From Lophium mytilinum (lineage: Eukaryota), in NCBI GenBank assembly GCA_010093605.1, contig MU004186.1:1964616-2028615 (forward strand): a stretch of DNA of 64,000 nucleotides, read 5' to 3'. Every line of letters begins with the position of its first letter. Position 1 is the stretch's first letter. Made by a program: the position numbers and the translations under genes. This document shows positions 38,399 through 49,388 of the stretch, in pieces. The notes below the pieces were generated by a model. The model saw only the letters and a program-made list of their open reading frames with translations. It searched no databases and was not told the origin of the DNA.

Positions 38399-40010
38399 CT
38401 ATGAATCTTGCATCTCTTGCTGTCCTTTCGTGCCCTCAATCTTCCCTGGCTCCTCGAACACAGCAGCCATTGCATCTTCGATTATCTTCATACCCTCCTC
38501 AATCTCAGCCTCAGAGATTACTAGCGGCGGCACGAAACGAAGCGTGTTTGTGCCACAAGTGATGACTAGTAATCCGCGCTCCCTAGCAGCCGTTACGACT
38601 GGTGTTGGGTCTTGGGTGAGCTGGAGGCCAAGGATGAGGCCCTTGCCTCTGACTTCAGTGATGATGCTCGGGAATCGTTTCTGAAGCGCCTTGAAGTGTT
38701 TGCGAAAGATCTGCTCTTTCTCCAATACTCCTTTCTGCAATTCTGGGTCTGAGAGTCTCGAGAGGATGTAGTGTGCGACTCGCGACCCGAGCGGGTTTCC
38801 ACCAAAAGTCGTTCCGTGATCACCTGTAACGATCTTAGTAGCCACAGCTTCATTGACGATAGTCGCGCCAATTGGGAAGCCGTTTCCGAGAGCTTTAGCA
38901 GTGGTAAGTATGTCCGGGTGGGCTTCCGCTGGCAGGGAGCCATGAGCCCATAACAATCCAGTACGGGAGAGACCGCATTGGATCTCGTCATAGATCAGAA
39001 CCGCGCCGACTTCGTCACATCGCTTCCTCAACGCGGTGAGGAATTCTGTTGTAGCTACGTTCACACCCCCCTCGCCCTGAATGGGCTCGATAATAACACC
39101 GCATGTTCTATCTGTGACAAGGTTGTTGATACCATCGATATCGTTGTATGTGCCGTATTTGAATCCTGGAACCATTGGCGCGAACGGCTTCTGATACTTT
39201 GGGTTCGGCGTCGCAGAGAGCGAGCCCATAGTGCGACCGTGGAAGGAGTTGTGGAAGGAGACCAGCTCGTACTTCTCGCCCGAAGGCTCCACAACCTTGC
39301 CGACCTTCCGCGCGAACTTGATAGCAGCCTCATTGGCTTCGGAACCTGAGTTGCAGATAAAAGCTTTGGAGGCAGTATGCATCGCGCCTGATTCGACAGT
39401 CTTCTCGACAAGGGATTTGGAGAGGGTGCCCGTCCATGGGTTATGGTAGAGGTTTGAGGTGTGAATGAGGGTTTGGGCCTTGACATCACAACTTCGTCAG
39501 CTTTTCGCCCTGTATCAGATAGTACAATTCTGGGGGAAAGATACCTGCTGCCCCAAGAGCTTTGCCATCTCTGGATCGCAATGGCCCAACGCATTCACGG
39601 CAATGCCGGCTGTGAAGTCTAGGTATTTCCTGTTCTCCACATCCCATAGATAGCATCCCTCTCCCTTCTCAAACATAGGCGGTGGGCGGACATAAGTTGG
39701 GACCATGAAAGGTAGCTGGTCATTCACTAGGCGGGCTGTTTGCGATGACTCGGCGGGGTCCGAGTTTGGCAGCGAGGCTTCTTTCTGCAGATACATCGTC
39801 AATACGTTGTTCTAGCTGGCAGGATGAAGCTGCTGAGGCAAAGTAAGGGGAACCGACTGCAATTGAGTCCTTCAATCCCCTAGGAAGGTTCGACTGCGCG
39901 ACCGCTGCTGATGCTGATGACGCATAACGGCTTGAGATAGGACAAACGACTGCAGCACGGGGTGTCGTCAATGCGACGCACAGCCGACGAGAAGAGACCC
40001 GAAACGCCAT
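38399..40010 (-). CDS. ARG8: Acetylornithine aminotransferase, mitochondrial
   Basis: YLDFTAGIAVNALGH, NSGSEANEAAIKFARK, FHGRTMG, EPIQGEGG, DEIQCGLSRTG, AKALGNG and HGTTFGGNPL motifs; presequence-like N-terminus; 2 introns. Confidence 0.95.
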
Positions 40011-40753
40011 TTCGAAAACAATTAGGAGACCCAGAGGCGGGAAATGGAGGGTTATGTAGCAGACTAGGGCTTGGTGGTGGGAAACTGGTCGGTTGCGTGA
40101 CTGGAAAAATACAGGGCTTTTCTTATCGATAACAGAGTGCAGCATGAATGAAAGCCGAGCTTCGGAGGAGAGACTTTCTCTCCTCCAAGCAACTCATCCA
40201 TCATGTAAACAAGCTACTAGCATACGCCAGATTTGCATTAACGAGCATTCATATCAGGATTATCACTAGGATTAATAGGAGATGCCTGTGATTGCGCGCT
40301 CAGCTTTGTAAAGTGGCCGTCGTTAGCATTTATTGCACAAGTCTTGGCAACCCAGCTCTCTCAGACTGGCCGGCCCTTCTCATTCGCTTCACTGTGTTGT
40401 GAACTTCTTTGTCGTACCCTGCCTGGTACACGCGCTCTTCAGCGTGCCTCTCGGATGTCCATGAAGCGTACATCTCCTGTTTCCTGCTTACTCCGATTCG
40501 CGGCGAGCCGAGCAGTCTCGGGGTCGAGTGCGATGGATTCGGACTTCACAAGCGTTATGGACTGACGAAGCGGGGATCGGTGGTTCGTGCCCGCATACGC
40601 TGGTCTGTCCGACCGAGGATAGAGCTTGACGAAGAAATTCTTCGCCTCCTCCGCCGCTGGGGTGTACAGCCTTAGCCAGCTCATCGTTCGCTGCTCACTG
40701 ATAACGACAAGAATCTTTGTTTCGTTAACCTCGTCCTTGGATCCGGCGCCCCA

Positions 40754-41149
40754 GCACGCGGGGCATGTAAAAGGTGGCACTCTATTTTCGCTTTTGTGCA
40801 CCTATCTGCCACTGCTTTGATGTATTCTTTAAAACAAAAATCTCTTAGCTTTAGGCTATGTAGAAACTTGTTAAGGCACTCCAAGTAGTAGTAGACTGGA
40901 GCACCTACTATACCTACTAGATAGAACAGCTTTACAAGAGCATAGTAGATAAGTGGCAGTAGATACTGGCTATCTGTAAATATATAAAGTATACCTAATA
41001 CTTCTATACCTCTTTAGCACCGTTAGAGGTCCTCTAGTATACTATTACCACTTATAAAATACTAGCTTTGGCAAGCCTAATAGCTCCCCAGGCCACCTCA
41101 GACGGTGTTGAATAGCTTCAGCGTGCTACTTTTTTCCTGCCTAGCGTGC
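40754..41149 (-). mobile_element. MITE-like element, family B, copy 1 (TpA-rich, RIP-like)
   Basis: Imperfect TIRs of about 30 bp (CACGCGGGGCATGTAAAAGGTGGCACTCTA ... CAGCGTGCTACTTTTTTCCTGCCTAGCGTG). Its reverse complement aligns along its length with 54772-55134. Confidence 0.75.
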
Positions 41150-42253
41150 CCAAATCGCCCTCACGGTTGCCCAAACGTGTTTTCGTGGGCGCTTGTCGTC
41201 GGTCAAGAGGCGAGAATGCTTAGATGTGTCACATTCACTGCTAATTATTGGCTCTGGGCCCTTGGAGTTCCCACCGCTATAGGGACAGTAACTTACAGCC
41301 TTTGCCGAAAGAATGTACATAAGCAGGCTTTTACACCGATCAAATCGGCTTAAACAAAGTTGGAAAAGTGTGTTGAGGCCGGTCAGACAGCGGCGGAACA
41401 GAACCGCTCTGCTAAGCCAGCCAACCAACTCGGCCATCTGACCATTTGGTGCTTGTTGATGGAGACTGGACGAAACATAGTCTACTAAATCAAATATTTG
41501 AAAATCCTGGAAGGCACCATCGCAAGTGCATATCTATGTGACTGCTTACTTGGCCTCAAGATGACTTCAAAGACTTGTGCATATTGATTTGTACTACCGC
41601 TGTCTGAGGTGGCCCAGCAAGTTTAAAGACTGTTCAAACCGATGGGCTCGTACCTGATTTGGGGGTTTGAAAAGGTGTTGAAGCACCACTGACAGCGGCA
41701 AGCGAGGGGATAGGCTGAGGGTGCAGACTTGGATTGCTGCAGAGTTCACGAAAATACACAATGCATGATTCAACGCCTTCGGCGTTGAATCCTACAGAGT
41801 TGTACTTAATCATGAATATGCTCGACTCAAGAAGAGGCTGTTGGGCGGGCTGAGGAGGGCCTTTTCTCAGCGACCGTTCCTTGCACTGAATTGTTACCTG
41901 CGTAATTAATGCCCTACTCGAAAACGAGACAGCTCATACGAAGAAGAATTGACGTTATTACTTGCAGTAAATTTTCGTGCGTGAGAAGTTGGTGATGAAA
42001 GAAAATATCGATCACTGACTCTGATTCGCTACAAACCCAACGCCCCTGGACCACCCCCACCCACCATCCTGACGCCCCACACCCTTTTAGTTGCTAGTAG
42101 ATTTGATTGGCCTTTTCTACAGTCCGTGCCGTGCCTTGTGTTCCGCGGAAAAACTCTTTCCCCGCCCCACAACTTGATTTCGCTCGCCCACGCCATTTGT
42201 AAGCCTACATATAATGAAAATTTTCATCCAGTCTCCATCAACAAGCACCAAAT

Positions 42254-42405
42254 GGTCAGATGGCCGAGTTGGTTATGGCGCCAGGCAAGTTACTTGTTCA
42301 CATAAGTACTTACGTTCAGTTACTAACTGAGTTTCCAGGTTAAGGTTACCTTAACATTACATCCTGGTCACGTAAGTGGCGTGGGTTCGAGTCCCACTCT
42401 GATCA
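42254..42405 (+). tRNA. tRNA-Leu(AAG) with a canonical 16-nt intron (42346-42361) and an additional 54-nt spliceosomal-like insertion (42285-42338)
   Basis: Acceptor stem GGTCAGA/TCTGATC plus discriminator A; A box TGGCCGAGTTGG; anticodon stem CCAG^G/CCTGG with loop TT-AAG-G...T; long variable arm CAC-GTAA-GTG; T arm GTGGG-TTCGAGT-CCCAC. Confidence 0.9.
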
Positions 42406-42414
42406 AGAGCTTCA

Positions 42415-42431
42415 TTTTTTGCCCTTTTTTG
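42415..42431 (+). terminator. RNA polymerase III terminator (oligo-T) of the tRNA gene
   Basis: TTTTTT-GCCC-TTTTTTT starting 10 nt after the discriminator base. Confidence 0.8.
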
Positions 42432-42773
42432 ATCCTCGATCATGTATTGGGTGTGTAGGGAGTGGTTGGTAGAATGTTGATGAGGTGTTGTGGCGGGTGA
42501 TGCAGCGGGAAAGGATACAGTGCATCGTAAAGAAGCTACAAACGAGTTTGGCATGCGCGGAATCGTTTCTTTTTATTCATTATACGTAGGAATGTCACGT
42601 TGAAATGTTATCTAGCATTCAAATCATTAAATTCGTCTAAGGATTTCGATGCGTTCCCATCATTGCCGCAGTGAGCCTACCCACTTCTCAGCCTCCAAAT
42701 TACAGCGTATCTCCAACAGTGTATGCTCGCACTACTCTAAAGGACCTGTATTCACCCTCTCAAGCCCTCGCAC

Positions 42774-45200
42774 CTACGTCTTCAACACGTCCGCCGCCAC
42801 CAATATCGCCTTGGCAGTCTTCCCAACCCACTTCTGCGCCAACTCTAAATCCCCCGCCTCCACCGCCTCTGTAACCGCCGGAAATGTAACAGGCGCGTAT
42901 CCTGTGTCAATACCAGGCGCAAAGATCAAATGCTGGTAAAACTCCCTCTCCGGCAAGCCACCTTGGCTCACAAACCCCCTACTGAAATCCTTCGCCTTAG
43001 TATTCGTGACCTTGATCAGATCCGAGTCGCTTGAAGAGACAGCGAAAGCACGGAGTTCTTCGAATTGGGACGAGTAGTTCTTGAACGTCGCGATGGCGTC
43101 GCTGAGCTCGGACAGGTTTACTGTGCTGTTCGCTTCCGCGACGGTCTCTTTCAAGTCTGAGAAATACTCTTCTAGCGCTGGCGTGTAGTCTGCCGGAGTT
43201 AAGGGCAGGACGTCGTCGTTGACGAGGTGGTAAAGTAGCAGAGCTAGAAACTGGCCGATCGACCTGTGAGTTACGAAACCAGGGTCACCCAGGGTACTCA
43301 TCCAGTGGTAGGAATCGAAGTTCGAGTGGTAGTGCCAGATGGGATCCTCTGGGCCACCATTTGCACCAAAGTCAATCGCGCTGATACCTTTGTGGAGGAA
43401 GGTAGCAAAGTCACTGCCGCTGCCTAGGACGCCGAACTCGCCGTCCAGGAAATCGTACCAGACGTCGTAAAAGGTGCGATTTGTTACCCCTTTGACTGGG
43501 TAGATGATCTTCTTCATGATAGTTGTGGCAATGGCGTGGAGGTCGGGGGTAGCGTCTATATATGGGTACGGGCCTGAGGTAGCGATGTCGACGTTGATGT
43601 TCGTGACGGCAGCTTCGGTGAGCCAGGGGACGTACTCTTCCACCCATTCTGTGCTTCCGACTGTGCCGTACTCTTCGCCGTCCCAGCTTGCGAGAATGAT
43701 GGTGCGAGCAGGCTTCCAGCCGGTTGCTAGCAGTTTACCGAAAGCTTTAGATAGCTCGATGATGACGGCTGATCCAGAGTTGGGGTCACCTGTGTCACAT
43801 TAGTCCTTATCTTTCCTTATTGATGCACATTGACCTACCAGCGCCGCCAACAATCCAAGCATCACGGTGGTTCCCCACGATGACAACTTCATCTTCGTTC
43901 GTGCCATTGATAATTCCAATAGCGTTCCAGATGTAAGTGTATTTTTCTTCCATCTCGTTCTCTAAGAAAAGAGTAGTGCCAGGAGCAGGTCCTGTGCTGT
44001 ACGTAACATTACCAATGCCTCCGAGCCAACCGGTACGATTCACCTCCTCGCCCGTAAATCCATGTCCATCTAAGGCTTGGAGCAGGGGCTGCGCATCGAG
44101 CCAAGAAATTGGAATTGATGGAATGCGAGGCGTTACCACGAATCTATCAGATCGAGGAGAACCGAACTTAGACGGATACCCGGGGGTCGTAGGGTCACCA
44201 GCATAGGTACTTAGAAACTCGACGGTACCTCGCTGTACACTCGTAGGATTTCTGGCAGGGCCATCTGGATACGCCTTGTATCCGTTTGCTTCGGTGATAT
44301 TGCCGTCGCTGCCGGGGTCGGTGAAGATGATAGCCCCAATCATGCCATGGTTTTGGGCGTTTTTGACCTTTAGTCCACGGAAGGGCCCTCCGTATTTTGT
44401 GAGTGCTATTTTGCCTTCCAGCTCAACGCCTAGCTCCTTTAGGCGAACAAAGTCGACTTCTTGTCCTCTCCCTTCGTAATGGTCAAAAGACTATACTATA
44501 CAAGGCAAATTGTAACGTTAACATACCGACGTAGACATATTCTGCGGTCGCGTTCCCTGAAAATGAGTACCCATTGAACACGGGAATGCGGTTGGGATAG
44601 CTGCGCCGAATGAGTTAGCGCTTTCTTCCGACGGGCTGGATATTGACTTGCTTCGCAATGTCCGACGAATATGCCATTTTAGTCTTTCATCGACTGATTT
44701 CAGATTTGAACATGGAAATATGCTATGACTCACCTCGTTGTGTCATCTACAGCAAGGACTTCCTCTTCTAGGGAGGCATCGTGTGAAGTGCCATTACTAT
44801 AGTCAAGCCGCAGGGATTGTGCAATCGGGTAGTCAAGGAAGACAACTTAAGCAATCAGCCATTCATATTTTCATAATTGATTAACGTAGTCATACTTACA
44901 GTATTCAGCTAGGCTAGAGGTAAATCCGAACTCGGCCCACCGGTCAGCCGTCCATTGAGCCTGAGTCTTATTGGTTCCAGCAAGATGCGCCCCGTGAGAG
45001 TAGTAGTATTCCCATGTTGCAATTGTCGCGTTGTCAAAGGAATCGACGAGCAATTTCTCGTTGGCGTCAAGCACTGGAGGGAAGGGAACTACATCTTGAC
45101 GTTTGACGAGTTTCTTATGATTGTGAGCCTTCCCGAAATCACGCTCTCGTAGACAAGCTTGCACACCAATTGCGCTAACGAGAATCAAGGGGAGCTTCAT
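42774..45200 (-). CDS. Glutamate carboxypeptidase II-like M28 peptidase with PA and TfR-dimerisation domains
   Basis: Signal peptide MKLPLILVSAIGVQA; HLAGT, GDPTTPGYPS, GNHRDAW, DPNSGS, SWDGEEYGTVGSTEWVE, GSGSDF and YHSNFDS motifs; multiple introns. Confidence 0.92.
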
Positions 45201-46172
45201 GATGTTTTCACGAAGAGAAGAGCAATGAGTGGAGGGACGAACTGAAGTGAGATGAGGGGTACCTAAGTACAAGCAAGTACAACATTGAAGGATTGCATCA
45301 TGCGGTCTAATAGCTCAGTATGGGCATTGCAGTTCGGAAGAGCTACCGCTCGTATCCTTCGGCTCACCGTAAAGCCCATGGCATCGTGAATGGCCAAGCA
45401 GGTATGACGAAAGCAGGCTCTAATATGGCTCAGAAGATCCTCTTACGCCCAGACTTGAAGCTTCCTTGCCAACGTGGGATCACTCTATTTAGGGCAGGTG
45501 GATGTGTATCCAGCTGCGGGGATTGGGGATAGTCAGACTTGGCAATGCTGAATCCTGGGGCAGGTTGCGGGATGAACATGCGTGACCTAAGAGGAGCTCC
45601 GGAACATGGCGGGATTGGTGGTGTTACTCGTCCACCGCCTCTGGCACGGCATAGATGATGTGATAAGATACAGCGATTGTGCTTCCTCGGGTCTGCCTAG
45701 ATATTTGTAACATACATTGGGGTGGTATGGGATCCTGCGGGGCGAAGAAGTAACCCCTGGCTGGAATCTTCTATTCAATGCCGGACCCATGGTTCTACGG
45801 TGGGCGTCGGGCTTACGGTTTTCCGCCAAAGTTGATAGTATAGATATTACAGGACGGTCTCGGTCATAATGGTATTCTGAGGATATTCACTGTACACATC
45901 TATGTATCCCGTATATGACGACTGGTGTTGTAATACGGCATGCCAGCCTACGCTAAAAGCAGAAAGGGCCGTTTCCGTTCTTCCTGCGGTGCCCTGTTCC
46001 TCCGCAACCTACCCCGGCCTGCAACACGTCAACGAGCGCGAGGGGAGCTTCACCATCGTACATACTAACACTCTACAGCTATTGCAGGTATCGTAGTCTC
46101 CCAGGTCCCCTTTGTTCTTTACTTTCTTCATGTCCATATTGTCCCTCAACATAATCACCCCAACTGCCCGTC

Positions 46173-49100
46173 ATGGCGGAGCTATCAAGCGCGACGCGGT
46201 TCGCGCCTCCAATCTTCCAGCCACGCAGCAATTCGCCCCAACCATCTCCTCGGCGCTATGGACGGTCGAACCTGGGTTCTGAGGATGGGCACTTTCGAGA
46301 TGTCTCCCCTTCGACGACCTTGCGCGCCTTCTCCGATGCTCCGATAGCGTACAATAGTCCGGAAGAGCACAAGATCTTCGATTGCGTAAAGACCGCAACC
46401 CCCGCGGAGAAGGACCTGGGATTCAGGGTCGCCAAAGCTGCCGAGAGACTGAAGTCGTGGTGTCAGGAAATCGAGCAATGGGGATGGTCCGGCACGTTCG
46501 AAGTGCCTAGCGAAGAGCGCCGCGAAAAGAGGCGGAAGAGCGTGCAGGGACATATCAACGAACATACAAAGGGCGTAGATGGCTCAGAGGACATTGGTCC
46601 GTTAATATACTGGGGTTCTCTGCTGTCCGCGGAGGTCAAGGCCTACGAAGCGCGCATCGAGGACATCGAGGCTGAGCGGGAGACTTTGGATATCGAAGAG
46701 CTCAAAGGCCACATCTTGGATATTCATGGTCCTAATAGGTCCAGGCCATCGTCTAGTTATGATACAAAACGACCACAATTCCTTCCATTGGATGACTTCT
46801 CTATCTTGGTAACGCAAACCTTACTCCAGGCACTACCGTATCTCTCGCAGCTCAAACTGAGCATCGATACTTGGTCTACACGACTGACCATCCTTTGCAG
46901 CACGCCAAGATTCTTGAAGGATCTCAGCACTACTAGAACGGCTTTAGATCTGGCTTGGAGAGCTCTTGAACCCCCCCGGGATGTTGACATGTCGGATACC
47001 TCGTTTAGCGATTGGAAGGACACTTTGTACACGATACTGGAAGAGCTGAAAGTCATCGTTTCTGACCTGGGTCAACGACTGGACCGAATGCTGGACATTC
47101 TTGAAGGCCGCGAAGACGCCCTACCGGATGTATGGATTGACGATTTTGAGGAGCTGGAGTCAGATTACAGTCGCTGGACTGTTGAATCACGGAATCGTAT
47201 CCTCGATGTGGAGATGCGACGAATAAAAGCCAAGCAAAATGCTGCTAAACCTATCACCGCTCAGGGAATTGGACTAGATGCACGACGAACTCCAACCACT
47301 CAAATTGAAGACATAGCACCCCAGAAGTCCGAGGCAGTCCATCATCGAGCCTCGACTGACGAATCAACCGTGGACATCAATACAACACCTGACAATGAAT
47401 TGAACGGAGCCGGGTTGGCTGCTCAGTACGAGCCATTTTCCGATCTCATATTGGCTAAGAACACTACTCCAGCATCACCTCAATCGTCCACTGCATTGCG
47501 ACTGAGCATTCCTGACTTTTCTACTCCGCAATCGAAGGCAAAAGAATTCGATCACAGTCCCGGTAACCGACCAGGAGAGCAGGACGATACTCTCGAAGGC
47601 CAAACCGAAGACGTGGTAGTTGTACAAGGACACAGCAGTGACGACGAGAAATCCGAGTCCGTGGTACGCAAGCGCCCGGACTTAACGATATTGAAACGTG
47701 CTTCCGTGACCTCCATCGAGAGTTTCTCCAGAAACCAGGTACGAACCTTACATCAGATCCCTGGCCACATTTTTAACAACACACAGGTCAAGAGCATCAC
47801 TTTGCGAAGAAATAGCAGCGCATCTTCCATCTCGTCGTCACTGCTTGACCGCTCAAACGGCATTCGAGATAACCACAGCACGCCCGTATCACCAGTTACC
47901 ACCGATCGTGTCGAGACTTTGTTACATAGCAAGCTCTCCAGTCCGCTCGCTGCAGCGGCAGTACAGCGCACCCTATCCCCTGATTTGACTCACTCTCCGC
48001 ATTCACGACCACAAACTCCTCAATTACAGTCCGGGCTTCGTCGAGACAGCGTTGGATCTGCTTCTTCGAGTATATCATTACAGTCAAGCCCGGCGAGCGC
48101 CATGGATGATTCGCCATCAGTTCGAAATGCCTACAGCCGCAACGCAAAGGTTCCAAAGCCACCGCTCAACTCTGCAATGGCTAAGCGGCGGCCTCTCAAA
48201 ACCCTCGACGGTGCCTCAGATCAGATGCAACCTTGGCCGCCTACTAAATTCGCCAATACTCTCTCGCCAAAGAAGGACAATAGTACCGAAGATCTAGAGC
48301 GCAAGATCAGCGATATTCTCACCACGATCCCAACGCACATACGCCTCACATCCGGTCCAGAAGTTGATGCACCCGAGGTCAAGCCCACTCGAGTCGTCTC
48401 AACCGGTGGCCGCTACGCCTCAAACGCATCTCTTCGGGTTCCTCGTGGTGTGAAATCTCCCGAACCAACTCTCACACTCTCCCCTGTCAAAAACGACTCC
48501 GACAAGTCTAGTAACGCGGCTAACTCACGCCGCACCCCTGCATCGGGTGACTCGGATATCAAGCTCTATCACCTCACCCAAAATGGCATCGATAAACCGC
48601 CCATAAAACTCTTCGTACGTCGCGTTGGGGAGAATGGCGAGCGCGTCATGGTACGCGTCGGCGGCGGCTGGGCTGATCTCGGTGAGTACCTGCGTCAATA
48701 CGCAGAGCACCATGGACGGCGCACCGTCAGTGAGGGCAAATTCGAAGTCCTTGGCCTCGAAGATTTGACATCGAGCCCTGCAGGGATCAGGCCAGATAGT
48801 CGACATGGCGCAGGGACACCACAGCCACACTCTACTACATCTCCAGCTCGCGGCACTCCTGCTGCCAAGGCTGCTGCTCTTGCTGCTGCGGATTCCGCTT
48901 TCAACACCCCTGCTTCTGCTGCCTCTATAGGTACGCCCGCAAATGCCAACGGTGACGTCTCCAGTGCCTCGACGGGATCGAGCCGGCTTTCATGGGGCGG
49001 TAACGAGGTTGGCTTGGCGGGGCCAAAGTCGAAGAAATTGGACTTGAGCGGGGAGAAGCTTGAGTGGATTGAGGGTATGATGACGCAGGCGAGGAAGGTC

Positions 49101-49388
49101 TCGAACCAGGTCGTTGGTGGTAGTGGAGGAGGCGGAAAAGGCGAGGTCGCGAGTGGAAGGGACAGTAAAGCGGCGAATGGAAGAGAGAGCAGGGCGGCCA
49201 ACGGACGAGAGAGTAGAGCCGCAAATGGGAGAGAAAGTCGCGCTGCAAATGGCCGAGAGGGCAAAGTAGAGAAGGAGAGGGAGAGGCGGGAAAGTAAAGG
49301 TGAAACCGACAAAGGTTTCGGAGATCTGGGAAAGGTTGGTGGAACCAAGAGAGTCTTTTTGAGAGGCGGGAAGCCGGTGGTTGAGTAG
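46173..49388 (+). CDS. GAS2/GAR-domain cytoskeletal protein
   Basis: 1071-aa ORF with the C-terminal IKLFVRRVGENGERVMVRVGGGWADLGEYLRQY GAR signature; probable in-frame 48-nt intron at 47739-47786. Confidence 0.85.
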   Translation: MAELSSATRFAPPIFQPRSNSPQPSPRRYGRSNLGSEDGHFRDVSPSTTLRAFSDAPIAYNSPEEHKIFDCVKTATPAEKDLGFRVAKAAERLKSWCQEIEQWGWSGTFEVPSEERREKRRKSVQGHINEHTKGVDGSEDIGPLIYWGSLLSAEVKAYEARIEDIEAERETLDIEELKGHILDIHGPNRSRPSSSYDTKRPQFLPLDDFSILVTQTLLQALPYLSQLKLSIDTWSTRLTILCSTPRFLKDLSTTRTALDLAWRALEPPRDVDMSDTSFSDWKDTLYTILEELKVIVSDLGQRLDRMLDILEGREDALPDVWIDDFEELESDYSRWTVESRNRILDVEMRRIKAKQNAAKPITAQGIGLDARRTPTTQIEDIAPQKSEAVHHRASTDESTVDINTTPDNELNGAGLAAQYEPFSDLILAKNTTPASPQSSTALRLSIPDFSTPQSKAKEFDHSPGNRPGEQDDTLEGQTEDVVVVQGHSSDDEKSESVVRKRPDLTILKRASVTSIESFSRNQVRTLHQIPGHIFNNTQVKSITLRRNSSASSISSSLLDRSNGIRDNHSTPVSPVTTDRVETLLHSKLSSPLAAAAVQRTLSPDLTHSPHSRPQTPQLQSGLRRDSVGSASSSISLQSSPASAMDDSPSVRNAYSRNAKVPKPPLNSAMAKRRPLKTLDGASDQMQPWPPTKFANTLSPKKDNSTEDLERKISDILTTIPTHIRLTSGPEVDAPEVKPTRVVSTGGRYASNASLRVPRGVKSPEPTLTLSPVKNDSDKSSNAANSRRTPASGDSDIKLYHLTQNGIDKPPIKLFVRRVGENGERVMVRVGGGWADLGEYLRQYAEHHGRRTVSEGKFEVLGLEDLTSSPAGIRPDSRHGAGTPQPHSTTSPARGTPAAKAAALAAADSAFNTPASAASIGTPANANGDVSSASTGSSRLSWGGNEVGLAGPKSKKLDLSGEKLEWIEGMMTQARKVSNQVVGGSGGGGKGEVASGRDSKAANGRESRAANGRESRAANGRESRAANGREGKVEKERERRESKGETDKGFGDLGKVGGTKRVFLRGGKPVVE

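Noticed and set aside
40439..40884. Short Cys-containing ORFs (120 aa and 67 aa)
   Set aside because: They start inside the family-B TIR element and have no recognisable domain.
42281..42297. Alternative reading of the tRNA with one long canonical intron and an anticodon in CAAGTTA directly after CCAGG
   Set aside because: That loop lacks the invariant U33 and does not give a Leu or Ser anticodon at 34-36, although the body is type II with a long variable arm. TT-AAG-G after the insert fits tRNA-Leu and pairs with the canonical intron's CCTTAAC.
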